In this document: one piece after another, positions 38,286 to 51,459 of the stretch
Layout of the letters: every line of letters starts with the position of its first letter
How positions within the stretch are numbered: the first letter of the stretch is position 1
DNA from: Callorhinchus milii
Taxonomy: Eukaryota
NCBI RefSeq assembly: GCF_018977255.1
Contig: NW_024704743.1
Coordinates: forward strand, 94,242,001-94,306,000
Length of the DNA: 64,000 bases
Reading direction: 5' to 3'
The notes under the pieces: model-generated
The model's input: the letters and a program-made list of their open reading frames with translations, nothing else
The model's database searches: none
What the model was told of the DNA's origin: nothing
Program-made: the position numbers and the translations under genes

Positions 38286-40713
38286 AACGACTAAATCAAT
38301 TATAAAGAAAGAGAAAAATTACACCCAAAGATAAAACAAAGTGGACCATATGCAACAAAAAGCACCATTAAAAAGATAAACATTTGTCAATGAAGAATTT
38401 AGTTCGTTCACTTCAGTATCGAATTTGTGAAATAGAAAGCGGGTGGGGGAAAAAAGCCCACAAACACTCATTTAAAATTAATAATAAAATTATCCTTTGC
38501 ACTTGATAGAGTGCATTATGCCAAAACATCTTAAAGAGCTTCACAAAATTTGTTTCTGTAAAGTTAGTGACTGTGTATTTGTAGGAATAGGCAGCATATA
38601 GAAATATCCAAACAGCCATGAAGTGAATGACCATTTTGTTTTCTCTCTGGGGATTGTTGGTCAGGACACTTTGAGAAATTTCCTACTATATTTGAACAGT
38701 GCTATGGGATCGTTACCATTTACAAGAACAGAAAATTGGGTCCCGTGTCTGATCCAAATCATAGCACATCTGACAAAGCAGTGCACACCCAAGTACTGAA
38801 TTGGAGTGTCAGTGTAGACCATGAACTCAAAATCCCAATATGGCGCCTGAACTCGGAACTCAAAGATGAGAGCGTTACCAACTGAGCCAGACTAACGCCA
38901 CATTTCTATTCTTAATTTAGCTGATGAAGGTTCAAACAATCACAGAATTGTGCCTTAACACTAATTAAATCAAGAAAGGAATAAGGAAGAAATATAAAAT
39001 GTTGAAATTATAGATTGCTTAATGCGCAAATAAATGAAAGAACAAAAACCCAAATGTCTCACAACCTAAACAAATTAAAATCTTTTCACACGACTACATT
39101 TGCGTTGGCCCACAAATACACAGTCACTTTGTTTCACAGTAAATCCTGTGTTGGGCTTCTGGGCATTTTGCCAACGTGAAAGGCACTATATCAAATGCAA
39201 GGATTATTTATCAACTGAAAACGGATGGTTGATGAACTCATATTTTCCAGTACCGTGGCTGGAGAAGATAGGGCCAGCCCCGAGATCCTGGATTACAAAT
39301 CTCCCAGAAATGAGTAAGCTATTTAAGAGTTCACACCTCCAGCAAAAGATTTGGATACCAGACCAGACATACTTGGAAGTATGCCAATACCTGCAGATCT
39401 GTAACCCACCATGTCAGAAAATAATAATGAGTTGATGTTTGTCATGAGTGTGACAAAAAGTTATGTTATAAAAGGTCCACTTCCAAGGTTCGAAGTGCTT
39501 TTAGATTCCAAAATGTCCTTTATTGCCATGTCAGTGGTTGTCTCCCTAAGTACCAGGCTGGAAAAAGCAGGCCTTGGTGGCTGAATCAATTGTTAACTAG
39601 TGAAGCCACAGATTATATCTACCCTAATTTTGTCACCATCAAATCTGCTGCAAAGTGAAGTCAGCAAGCCTTGAACAATTCCCCAGTGTCTTTAGTGGCA
39701 TCAAAACCACCTCTAGAAAACGATGGTTGCTGGCTTCCTGTATGGAGTGCAGGAAATCACATCAGCAACAACCTGACAATCTGGAAAGTGCTGATAGCAG
39801 CCATTTTTGTGTACTTCAATATAACGTGGGGTTTGGTTTGGTTTGATGGATCCAAACTACTGACTTAACAGAGTCGGGCAATCAATCATAGCAATTTCAC
39901 GAAGGGGAAGGAGAGAAAGGAATCTACAGAGTGAGCAAAGGTGCAACAAAGTTATCCAAGAGTTACTATTGCGCTTTTTTTCCCACCAACTCAGAAAGAC
40001 ATGACTGAAACAAATGACCTTCACATTTTATGTTGGCAGCTGACATTGTAATTTTGTAATTGTACATAAGATTAATATACTTAGACACTTTGTAGATTAA
40101 AGTTCATAAAAATGTATTCATTGATCTCCAGAAATTGAAGATGCAACAAGTCAATGTCATCTTCTCAAACGTAATCTTGCCATACAGCTTATCTTGTATT
40201 CTGAACTTGATAATCAACATTGTACAATATTTCAATTTACTGCAGATATGTGGAAAAGTAGTGATCAGATAAATTCGGGAAATAGGCAATGTGCATTTTC
40301 AAAACTGATCAGATAATTTGTGATCAATAGTATAGCTAAATATTTAGTAACATACGTAAACAAAACAAATTAACAAAACATATGAAGCAGAACAACTTAT
40401 CAGTGCAAAGCATTCCTTAAGTAGCTTCAGGGCCCTATATTAAAGGTATCCAGCCAGCTGACTCAGAGAAGATCATTTTAAAATACTTTATTGTGTACTA
40501 CATCGTCCTATGCTTGGAACTAATAGATTTATTTCAATATATGTTAGCAAAACCATGAAGGACCTAGCAGTTTCTTCCAGGATTTCTGAACATGTTTGTT
40601 GGCTCACCAATTTTGGGAAGTTACGATAAAGAAACCCTTGGATTCAGAAATGGATAAATGAATTAATAAATCTATTTTTCAGCATTGTATTGCCATTATA
40701 AGAGTCATATAAC

Positions 40714-41040
40714 TTAGTGGTTAGAGCACTCGCCTCGCACCCGAAAGGACGTGGGTTTGATTCCTGGCAGGGCAAAACATTGGGCAAGTTTCCTTACTCC
40801 ACACACCCCTGTTTACTAGCAGTAAACAGGAACCCAGTTGCTAGTCAATTGGCGGATCACTTTTCCGGGAGTAATAATTCCTTCAAAAAAAAATAATTGG
40901 TCACTTCAATCCACGACAGTTTGTGGGACACTGCTGTGTGCAATTGTCTGCCACGTTTTGCCCACACAATATACAGTCAATTCACTTTAGAGTATATTCT
41001 GTGAAGAAGACGTGATAAGGCGCTATATCAAATGCAAGGA
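40714..41040 (+). mobile_element. tRNA-derived SINE, subfamily B
   Basis: agtggttagagcactcgcctcgca head through gcgctatatcaaatgcaagga tail. Confidence 0.8.
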
Positions 41041-43140
41041 ATCAGCATTCGCCGGCATTTTTAAAAAAAGTTTGAATCCTGCGAGCAGAAGGTAGTGAAT
41101 AAGCTATTTCCTGCTCACGGGATTCAAACAATCTGTGTCAAAGTCAATATTCCTGGACACTGTGAAGGCCGGCAAAGATGGTGAGGCTGCTCATTACGGT
41201 GTTAACACATGCTAGGAGAGTTGGGCTGGCGCGAGTCCACATGTGTGCTCGCAGAATTAAAAACAATTTTTTAGGTTTTAGGTCTGAGTTCAAATTCTGG
41301 ATACTAGGAGGGGGGTTCCCTAACCAGCAACACATTAAACTACAGTCCTTTAATTATTGGCAAAATACAAACCATATTTCTATAGCACCGTTCTTATCTG
41401 AGGCTATCCTAAGGCACTTTGATCATTGGTATTAATGAACAGGTTAAGAGAAATTACACTGAGTGAATAATATGACTTCATTTGTTTGTATCCTACTGAG
41501 TCTTACAAACGTGAACTCCCTTTTGGATAATGGTAGCAGGATTTCCTTTGCTTCCAAGGGTCAGTTTGCATCTGCCGAATGAACAAATTAAGGTTTTTTT
41601 TTTGTCGGCCATAAGTATTGACACATTACAAAACTTTTTGTCGACTTTGAGGCTTTCAAATTCAACTAACTGAGAATAAATGTATGGATTCCACAATTTC
41701 TCCCAGAAGAGAGAAAAGAGAAGAAATGGACAGGCACAAAGGCTTGCCTATCCCGAGATCAGGATTTAGGACAATAGGACACCTCTAGAATTCAACCAGC
41801 TAAACTTAAACATCTTGTCTAAAATATGTTGACAAACTTTTCACTGCCTAATCATTAATTAGACACCCAATTCACTAACGCAATCCTCGAAAAAAAAATG
41901 CACCCAGTAACATATTGACCTCTCAAAGTTCCGATAACAATCCATCAATTGGATATTGACGTAATAACAATTAATCTGTTGTGTTCTAAAAGATCCACTA
42001 TAGTAGGACTGCTTCCAAGGTTAGATATGCTATCCTTTTGGATTCTAAGATGTCCATTGTTGCCATATCAATTACAACGAAAATGGCTGTCTCCCTAAAT
42101 GGCAGGCTGGAGCTGATTTAGGAGGCTGAATCAATTACCAACTGGTGTAGCCACAAATTGTATCTATCCTAATTTAAGCCTAATTTAAGCACCAAGTTGT
42201 AGAAGCAAAAGATTACATCAAATCTGCCGCAAAGTGAAGTTGGCAGTAAAGTTTCCACTTCTGTTTGTATAATAGAAAAACTAATAATGTCATCTTAAAA
42301 ATGAAAGTAAACATTCTAGAGTAAGGTTGTAAAGGTCATTTATTATTTTAGTTTCATAACAGTTTATTGCATAAACACCCAAATGATGGTTGCCCCTCAC
42401 TCAGACATTGAGATGTTTCACAGGATATACTGTAAAGTGGATTCGAAAAGTGGCAGCAATGTTCCATAAACAGCCATGGCCAATTTTATTTGAGGGACTG
42501 TTTGCTAGGACACTGGAAGAAACTCTGTTCTCTTTTCCAATAGCGCCATGGGATCTTTAACATCTACCTGAACAGGCAGAGAGGACCTTAGCTTAAAGTC
42601 TTATATGAAGCTGGGATGTCCGACCGTGCAACACAACACCAGCAGTGCATTGGTGTATCATCTTAGATTCTACATAGGGCTCGAAACCACAATATTCTGA
42701 CTCAGATGTGGGGCTACCACTGAGCCAGACTGACACACAAGGCATGGGCTGCCACTATGAGACACCTAAACATCTATCCAAAGACTCAAATTCATCTCCA
42801 ATTCACTTCCTTCACAACTTCCCCACTCAATAGTTCAGCCTTCTCTCTTTTATTATGTATACTACATAAAAGGAAAAGTACATTATCACACAATTACACA
42901 AGGGCCATTTCACTCACTGAAAAATCAAACAATTATTGAATGCCATGTAATAATATTTCATGTAGCGTTTTATCACAACAACTTGCATTTACATAGCGTC
43001 ATCCTTCACACGTGGTAGGGTCTCGGTGCACTTCACAGAATGTACTGTAAAATGTTGTGACACAAAGTAAATTAGGTTTGTTATTATTCATGGGAAATTC
43101 AGACGATCACTTTAAAGAATTCACTGTTGGCTATTCTTAC

Positions 43141-43268
43141 CTGAACAAAGCTGTTCAATCTTTGAATAGTTTAAACACACCGTGTCATTAATCCAAGCCA
43201 TGATGTCATGCCGGCTCATGTTCTCACTGGTCACAGATGTAGAATATACGTTAACCGCCATTCCCCAA
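43141..43268 (-). CDS. MAPRE2: MAPRE2 coding exon 2 (CH domain start)
   Basis: ttttcag|[52 protein letters not shown]; donor CAG|gtaaga; 128 nt. Confidence 0.97.
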
Positions 43269-46200
43269 CTGAAAAACAAACAAAATGCACTAAATAATGG
43301 ATTTTTTTTTTAGATATTATCACTTAGTATAGTACCTATATTCAGTCTATTGCAATTTTAAACATTCTTTCGAGCTGCAAAACGAGTAACGAAAGAATAC
43401 TATTTTGTTGCAAACATCTGGACAAGAGACACTACATGACAAGCTAAAAAGTAAAAATCCATCTTATATACCTCAACTTAAAATAGCTTTCAATAAATTT
43501 GCATTTACTTGCAGCCACTCTGTAAAACGGTCCTTGAAAGAATGCATAAACTGAGAAAGGCCATTCAACCCAATGACTTCATTACTTCTGCATCCTCTCT
43601 CCTCAAAACAGTACCCGTTGCCTTCGGTCCTCTGGGTCTGGCCTCCTCCTCGTCCCCTGCTCCACCTTCGGCAGCCGTGCTTTCAGCCACTAGGCCCCGA
43701 GGCTCTGGAACGGCCTTCCTCACTCCCTTCGTCTCGCTCCCTCCCTTCCCATTTTCAGGTCTCTGCTGAAAAGCTTTCTTTTCGACCGCACCTTTGGTCA
43801 CCTTCCCCCCCTTCCCCTGGATCGGTCCCGGGATCCATTACTGTAAAGCACTTTGAGACGCCGTCCAGCGTGGAGGGCGCTATATAAATCCAAGTTGTTG
43901 TTTGTTGTTGATCCACCCTGGTCATCGATCAAACCATATAATTTCCCGAAAGTTTGGTGCGAAAAATTTCCAACAACAAAAGGTAATCAAGTAAGTCCAG
44001 AATAAGTCATCAATCCTAAATCTGTATTATTCAACCTAGACCAGTTGCTTTCCATTGATAACGGTTTTAATTCCAGCAAAAAAGAAACCAAAGTGTTCCT
44101 TAGAACATTCAATCATCTCTTTCTATATTTACCCTTATAATATGAAATCCTCTGCTAAGGTTTTTATAGAACAAAAATTAAAACAGTATTAATTCAGTGT
44201 ATGTTGGGGGGTGGGGGAGAGAGAGTCAGCTCTCTGCATATCCAACACTCTGAATAATGTCTTCTGAACTCAAATTTTGCTTGAGGCGTGTTCATTATGT
44301 AAAGATAAAAAGAAATACATGAATCTGAAATAAAACCAGACAATTAATTTTATATTGTGCCTTCTAGTTCTATCCTCACAATCAAAGTTTAAATAACCCA
44401 TTTATATCCTTATTTATCTGTGCTTATCAGCAGTTCAAGGATCGACTCATGCTCCCTTTCAATATGTTTTCTCTTCTCCAAAGTAAACAAAAGTTTAACT
44501 CAGCGAGTGTCTCTTCATAATAAAGACATAATTCCCCAAATCATTGCCAATGGATCCATCTCCTTGCATCAATGTAGGGTAGAAAATACGTACATATTAC
44601 ATTGAATCATAGAAACGTACAGCACAAAAAGAGGCCATTCGGCCCATCGAGTTTGTGCCGGCTCTTTGAATAGAGCAATTAATGTCAATCAAATGTGGTT
44701 GCAATGAAATATACAAAACATGGAACGAGACTTGTCTTTTGATCAAATGATCTTGATAAAAGCTTTATACTGAGTGAAAATGTACTGAATGGTCAATGGC
44801 TGGAGTTGATTTCTTTTCCATCTTTGCTAAGGGACAACTTTATAATGAATAATAAATTGGTCATTCAATCCACGACTGTTTGTGGGATACTGCTGTGCAC
44901 AATTGGCTGCCGCGTTTTGCCCACAAAATATACAATTAACTTTACAGTATATTCTGTGAAGCGCTTTGAGATGACTCGGAGACGTGATAATAGCGCTATA
45001 TCAACAGCAACATGCACTTATATAGCATTCTCCACGCAGGGTAGTGTCTCAGAGCACATAACAGTGGCGGAGGCTGACTCCGAGCAGTGGAGGGGGTGGG
45101 GGGGGAAGGAGGTGACCGTAAGCAAAGGATCAAATGCAAGTATAATATTTATTATTATTATGTACAAAGTTCAGCTTTATTGTTTCTTTACATTATCAGT
45201 TCATCTTCCAGTTCTTCATATCTTCATATAAGCAGTCAAAAATCAGCAAATTTTATAACACCGTACTGCAGTGTATTTTACAAGTAGCATGAGCAATGAG
45301 TAGATTCCAAAAGAACTCCTCTTAGCTAGTCACCGCCCCTGCACAGTCTTCCATTCATCACCTCTGCTTCCTATTCTAAGTCAGTTTGCAATTTAGCCAG
45401 TCAACGTGCCATTACTTTCATGAGTCTTAACCTTTTAAAAGCTTCAAACGTAGGAGCTCTGAAAAATGCAAGTCAATTATGACAACTGAACAGCATTCCT
45501 CCACTAATTTAATACAGTAACTTGCTCAACACATTCCAACAGATTAGCAAGGCATGACCTGCTGCTTCTAAATCCATGCTTAGTACACTTTATGGCCTGT
45601 ACACATTTTAGACGTACATTGATACCATCCTGTCTGAGGCTCTTTAGTACTTTCCTCACAACAGATGTTGTGCCAACTGGTCTAATTCCCATCTCACAAT
45701 TGGTTTGTATTTAAGAAGTTAAGAACTTAAGAATTTGCTAGGTGAAAGATCAGGGTCCATCTAGTTTGCCTTTCACCATCCTGGCAGTTGCTTGACATGT
45801 CGTGTCCCAAACTATCCTGAGATATTATTCTCTAGCAGAAATCTATCTAATTTGCTCTTGAAACAAACAACATTTTCTGTTTCCAATGTCTCCTGAGGGA
45901 GCCTGTTCCATTTCAGGATGATATGCACTATGCTACAGCCCTCATTCAGAGTACATATTCTATGATTCTATGAGAGCGGGGGAGTGGGATTAAATTGGAT
46001 AGCTCTTTTCAAAGAGCTGGCACAGACATGATGGGCCGAATGGTCTCCTTCTGTGCTGTATAATTCTATGATCCTATGATTCTGTGATAAAACCACATAT
46101 ATAAATAAAATCAGCAGCAGTATTGGTTACCGCTGAATGATTTCGCACTTTCTGGGAGAAGGGGAGCCATGTATAATATTTAGGCCATAAGATGTAGGAG

Positions 46201-46996
46201 CAGGAGTAGGCCACTTTTTGATATTTTTGTGAAACGCTATATTGGCAGCATTTCTCTTGTGCACTTCTGTGTTCATGCACCCTGGAGCCATGCTCCTCCC
46301 ACACATGAACCTAATCTTTGCCTGTGTGGGAAAGAGACTAAAAATGGATTCAAAATAGTAAGATTATAAAAAACGATAAAGAAAGATGTAGGGAAATAAA
46401 TAGAACCTAATCTGTAAGAGCAATGATCTTGGGAGTAAGATTATTATTATCATCCCCTCTTGTGCATGATGCTGAAAATATAAAAGAGAATAAGGAATAT
46501 CAGTGACAAAGAAAAGATGTTCATATTTTCAAATACCTGCAGTAAATAAACTGTATTTATTGCCATAAAGGGTCAAACAATTTGCAGATTTTTTTTCTTT
46601 ACTTAAGTCACTAACGGAAAAGGGGATCCTGTCATTGGCAAAATCCTGTCACAAGCCAAAATGTGGCAACACTGGAATGGAACAGCCGTGATAGATTACA
46701 GATTATTCCTACGCTTCCAGATTTAAAAGAAATCTCATGATTCTTTATACCAAAGCCTCTATGTCTCCTGATTTTTGAATCTTGGGTTTGAGCATTGAGG
46801 TTACTTGATTACAGAATTAGACTCATCTATTAATATCATTACGGAACAATGATGCTTTTGTTCATTATGGAACAATGGTGCATTTCATATTTGCTGGAAA
46901 ACTTTCAATTGTCAGACCTGCACAGTAGGTAGCAATTTCACCTCTGAATCAGAAGCCTGACGGTTCAAGCCCACATCAAGATTTTGAACTCACAAG

Positions 46997-47521
46997 TCAA
47001 GTTTGCCATAACTCATACTTTGCATAAGTCATATGATACGTTATGGTCCCAACTGATACGACCTATGTGAATTTTACTGTAATTGCCTAAATCATAGGTG
47101 CACCGAAGTCCCATTCAGTTTCCTATAAAAACGCACCTAGATTTCTTTGCACAAGTTGCATTTTATAAACCGGAAAATGTCTACATCGTCATGGTTGGTT
47201 AGTCCCAAATAATACTAAATCCTATGCAAATCATTTCCTAACTCGTAACGCCACTACGGCATCTACCGGCTGCTTTGCGCAGTGTTCCATTTGAAACAAG
47301 CACAGGAAAGGAGTCACCGTCACCGCATGTGCACTTACTGACTGCAGTGACGAAGAACTGCACACACAATACAGTGTACTCCATTGAAACAAGCACAGAA
47401 AACTCATTTACTGCTATGTGTTAGTTGTATAAAATCTGACTTATACAAGTTTGCCTGTAACTCATACTTCAAGTAAGTCATGTTAAATGTTATGATCCAG
47501 ATTTACGCAAGTTTTACTCTA
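46997..47521. mobile_element. Probable DNA transposon remnant
   Basis: Two similar segments (caagtttgcc..taactcatact..taagtcat..gttatg..ttttact[g/c]ta) flanking a CpG-containing core. Ends resemble Tigger-like TIRs. Confidence 0.45.
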
Positions 47522-47675
47522 GTGGGGTGGAAAGAGTGAGGACTGATCAGTAGTTAGCCGGGCGAAGGATAATCTAATCCAAATTCCCCATTTTTCCTCA
47601 TTTATATTGTTCCTCTTCAGATATGTATCCTATTCCTTTTGATCGTTATAATCATGGCTTCAATACTCTTATAGT

Positions 47676-47902
47676 AATAATAAATAATAATCCTAGTATT
47701 TGATATAGTGCCTTATCACGTCTTTGAGACGTCTCAAAGACTTCACAGAATATACTGTAAAGTGAACTGAATATATTTTGGGGGTAAAACACGGCAGCCA
47801 ATTGCACACAGCAGTGTCCCACAAACAGTCATGGATTGAGTGACCAATTTATTATTTTTTTTTTGAAGGAATTATTACCCCCAGAAGAGTGATCCACCAG
47901 TT
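47676..47902 (-). mobile_element. SINE subfamily B, 3' half
   Basis: Tail and body match the other copies. Confidence 0.75.
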
Positions 47903-48231
47903 CTTTTCATGCTTGCATTTGTGCTTGTTATTGGTGACTTGTTGACCAGTGAAAATCTTATTGCTACATTTATCAGAATACATCATAACCTTGAAGACTA
48001 TCAGTTCACCCCTTAAACTGCTCAGTTCTAGTCAAGCCCTTACTCCACCTTACTAAGCCAGTCCGGAACCATGGCGTCTTGTTTGACCCTCAACTGTCCT
48101 TTCTGTGCCATGACCCGCTCTGCCTTCCCCCACCTCCAAAACATCGCCCGGCTCCGACACTCTCACACCGCAGGCTGCCGAAATTCTCATCCAAGAATTC
48201 ATTACATCGAGGCTTGACGATGCAAGCTCGT

Positions 48232-49345
48232 AGTTATCGGATCAGCCTCGACCACTCTTTCAGGCAATGCGTTCTAGATTCAAGCAACTTGCTGCGTGAA
48301 AAAATTTCTTCTTACCTCCCCTCTGCTTCTTTTGGAGACTATTTTGAATCTTTGACTTTGAGTCACCGACACACCCACCAGTGGAAACAGTTTTTCCCTT
48401 TCTAACCTATCAAATCCCCTCATGATTTTGAAGACCTCTTTTAGGTCTCCTTGTAACCTTCTCTGCTCCAATGAGAATAATCCCAGCCTCTCTCGCCTTT
48501 CCTCATAATCAAGGTCCCTCATTCCTGGTACCATTCTTGTAAATCTCCTCTGCAGCCTTTCCATTGCCTTAACATCCTTCCTATAGTGTGGTGCCCAGAA
48601 CTGGGCGCAATATTCTAACTGAGGCCTAACCAGTGTTTTATATAGGTTAATAATAACCTCCTGACTCTTGTACTCTATGCCCTTATTTATAAAGCCTAGT
48701 ATCCCATATGCCCTTTTTACAGCTTTATCTACCTGTCCTGCCACCTTCAAAGATTCATTTACCTGCATCCCCAGGACTCTCTGTTCTTTTACTCTTTTAC
48801 TTTTATCTCTCTGTTCTTTTACCCCCTTTAAGATTGTATTACCAGCCTATATTGCCTCCCCTCATTCTTTCTACCAAAATGCATTACCTCTCATTTCTCC
48901 ACATTGAAACTCATCTGCCATGTGTCTGCCCATTTTACCATTCTGTCTACGTCTTCCTGCAGTTGCCTACTATCCTTCTCACTGTTTACCACACTACCTA
49001 ACTTTGTGTCATCGCAAACTTGGAAATGGTACTTGCTATACCCAAGTCCAGATCACTTATGTATATTAAGAAGAGCAGTGGTCCTAATACCGATCCCTGG
49101 GGAATCGCCACTGTACACTTCCCTCCAGTCAGAAAAGCAGCTGTTCACCACAACTCTCTGCTTTCTGTCTCCCAGCCAGTTCTGGATCCATACTGCCACT
49201 ATCCCTTTTATACCATGGGCTTCTACCTTTCTTACAAGTTTCATGTGGCACTTTGTCAAATGTTTTTTGAAAATCCATATAAACTACGTCAACTGCACTA
49301 CCTTTATCCATCCTCTCTGTTACCTCATCGAAAAATTCTATTAGA
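48232..49345 (-). mobile_element. CR1 LINE fragment
   Basis: VDVVYMDFQKTFDKVPH, LYKTLVRPQLEYC, RRNFFTQ; frameshifts. Confidence 0.92.
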
Positions 49346-49459
49346 TTTGGTAGACAAATGTAATTTTGTTGTTGAATGAGCTGGCACCCTAGTGAATTTA
49401 TAATGCATCTTTTCAATTGCTTTTATAATGCTTGTAATGGGATGGGGTGCCAAAACGTT

Positions 49460-49780
49460 GGAGTCCTGTAGCTCAGTGGTTAGAGCACCCGCTTTGCAAG
49501 TGAGAGACCTGAGTTCAATTCCAGGCAGAGGGCGAAACCTTGGGCAAGTTTCCTTATTCCACACAGAGCCTAATAATAGTCCCTCCAAAACCCAAAACAA
49601 TAATAAATTGGTCATTTTCAATCCACGACTGTTTGTGGGACATTGCTGTGCGCAATTGCCTGCCGCGTTCGCCCACAAATATAGTCAATTCGCTTTACAG
49701 TGTGTTCTGTGAAGCGCTTTGGGACGTCCTCCCGACGTGAAAAACGCTATATCAAATGCAAGGATTATTATTATTATTAT
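49460..49780 (+). mobile_element. Young full-length tRNA-derived SINE, subfamily A
   Basis: tRNA-like head with A box (tagctcagtgg) and B box (gagttcaattcc), TGC at the anticodon position, L2-like tail and (TTA)n. Near-identical to 17657-17975. Confidence 0.9.
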
Positions 49781-50194
49781 AATATTCAAATTATGGCCTA
49801 AGATCTTGAACTGATTTGGGATTGCTTCTTTGCTTATGCATCTAGATGTAAAACAAAGAATTCTGTTTTCCTTTGTAAATTGTCAATGGAAGAATTAAGG
49901 GGAGGCTGAAAAAAGTCTTGTGGAGGGCTATTAAACCATGGAATGCTTTACTATTCCTGTAGCTCAGTGGTTAGATCACTCGCCTCACAAGCGAGAGACC
50001 TGGGTTCGATTCCCAGCAGGGCGAAACATAGGGAAAATTTCCTTATTCCACACACCTCTGTTTACCTAGGAGTAAGTAGGAACCTGGTAGTTAGTCAATT
50101 GGTGAAAAGAACTGAACAGATTAAAAATATTCTTTACAAAATCGAAGTTTGTAATATATAATTTTCAGTCACAAACATCACTGTTTACGTGATT

Positions 50195-50600
50195 TAGGCA
50201 TCAGCTTGGTTCAGCTGCCTCCAAGTCAGAAGTTGAGGGTTTGAACCCCATGTCAGGACTTTAAAGGAACTCAGTCTGGGCTGACACTTCAGACCAGTGC
50301 TAGGGGTGTGCTGTTAGAGGTACCAGTCTTCAGATGAGATGTTAAACCAAAGTCCCTATCTCCTTGTTCAGGTAGAATGTTAAAGATTCCATAAGAGTAT
50401 TTGAAAAGAGAAGTGAGTTTATTTTGGTGTCTTCGTCAACAATCTCCCTGATAAAATTGATCATTCATTTTGCGGCTGTTTGCAGAACATTGCTGTGTGC
50501 AGATTGGCTGCTGTGTTTGCCTGTAAAATACATAGTCACTGCACTTTATGGTAAATATTGTGAAGCAATAATGTCCTCTCGACGTGAACTGCGCTATGTA
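50195..50600 (+). mobile_element. Old Deu-domain SINE
   Basis: tcttcagatgagatgttaaacc core. Other decayed copies at about 6470-6730, 38470-38895, 42400-42735 and 54340-54775. Confidence 0.7.
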
Positions 50601-50619
50601 AAAAAAAGTATCAAAGGTA

Positions 50620-51450
50620 TTAGGCGCGCATTGGCAAGAGGATACCAGACTGAGTGTTCGGTATTGCTGGGGTCTAACCAGCTAAAACTGCATAGTTTGC
50701 CATCGATAGCACTGTCTGGCAAGCTTTCCCACTGCTTATCCAGCAAGGACCACCCTACCCATTCAGGTTTTGGCTTGCAGGGTTAAAAGGAGCCGAGTGG
50801 GAGGATTCGGATTCCCTGTCCCTAGTGAGTACTCTGCCCTTCCAAGTCCTGCTGATAAGACAAGCTGGCAGGCTGGTTGTGCTGTTATTAACAGTGCCCT
50901 GGAATACTGTGGACCCGACTGGATCAGGGCTAACATGATTCTGACATTCTGTTGCAAACGTGTCACCTTGGATCCAGTTCAACTCCATGGAGAACCTATT
51001 TACCTCCCCCGCCACTCACCACTCAAGGAGGATAGTCACCAGTTGGTTTGAGCTCTCACTGAGTGGATGGTGGGTATCAGGAACTCCCTGCAACCTTCCT
51101 GGTGGACAACACAGCTCAGTATGAAATGTGTGGGGGCATTGCCACCATCTTCCAGTCCACAGCTCGGGCACACGTCCCTTCCCAATGAGCAATGGTTCCA
51201 CCAGTTGGAGGTGCAGAGTTTAACCAGCAGCTGTGAGACAGTCAAGGTGAATTCCAAGCACTGGATGTATGAACGTGTGTTGACGAACTTCGACTCCAGG
51301 TAATGCCTTACAGCAGTTGTTGCCCCAAGCCTCAGAGTTTCCTCATCAGATATTTGATGGACATCTGTTTCGGCGTGGTGGGAGGACCTTTGCAGGACAG
51401 CGTTTAACATGCCAGCCACCTTTATGTTCTTGCCAATGTTACGTACCAGG
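50620..51450. repeat. Unclassified interspersed repeat, copy 2 (longer)
   Basis: See copy 1. Coding-like composition with stops and frameshifts. Confidence 0.75.
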
Positions 51451-51459
51451 TCTACGTGC

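Noticed and set aside
49460..49535. tRNA-Ala genes (also at 2818, 12038, 17975)
   Set aside because: These are SINE heads continuing into a shared body and tail, with no complete acceptor stem.
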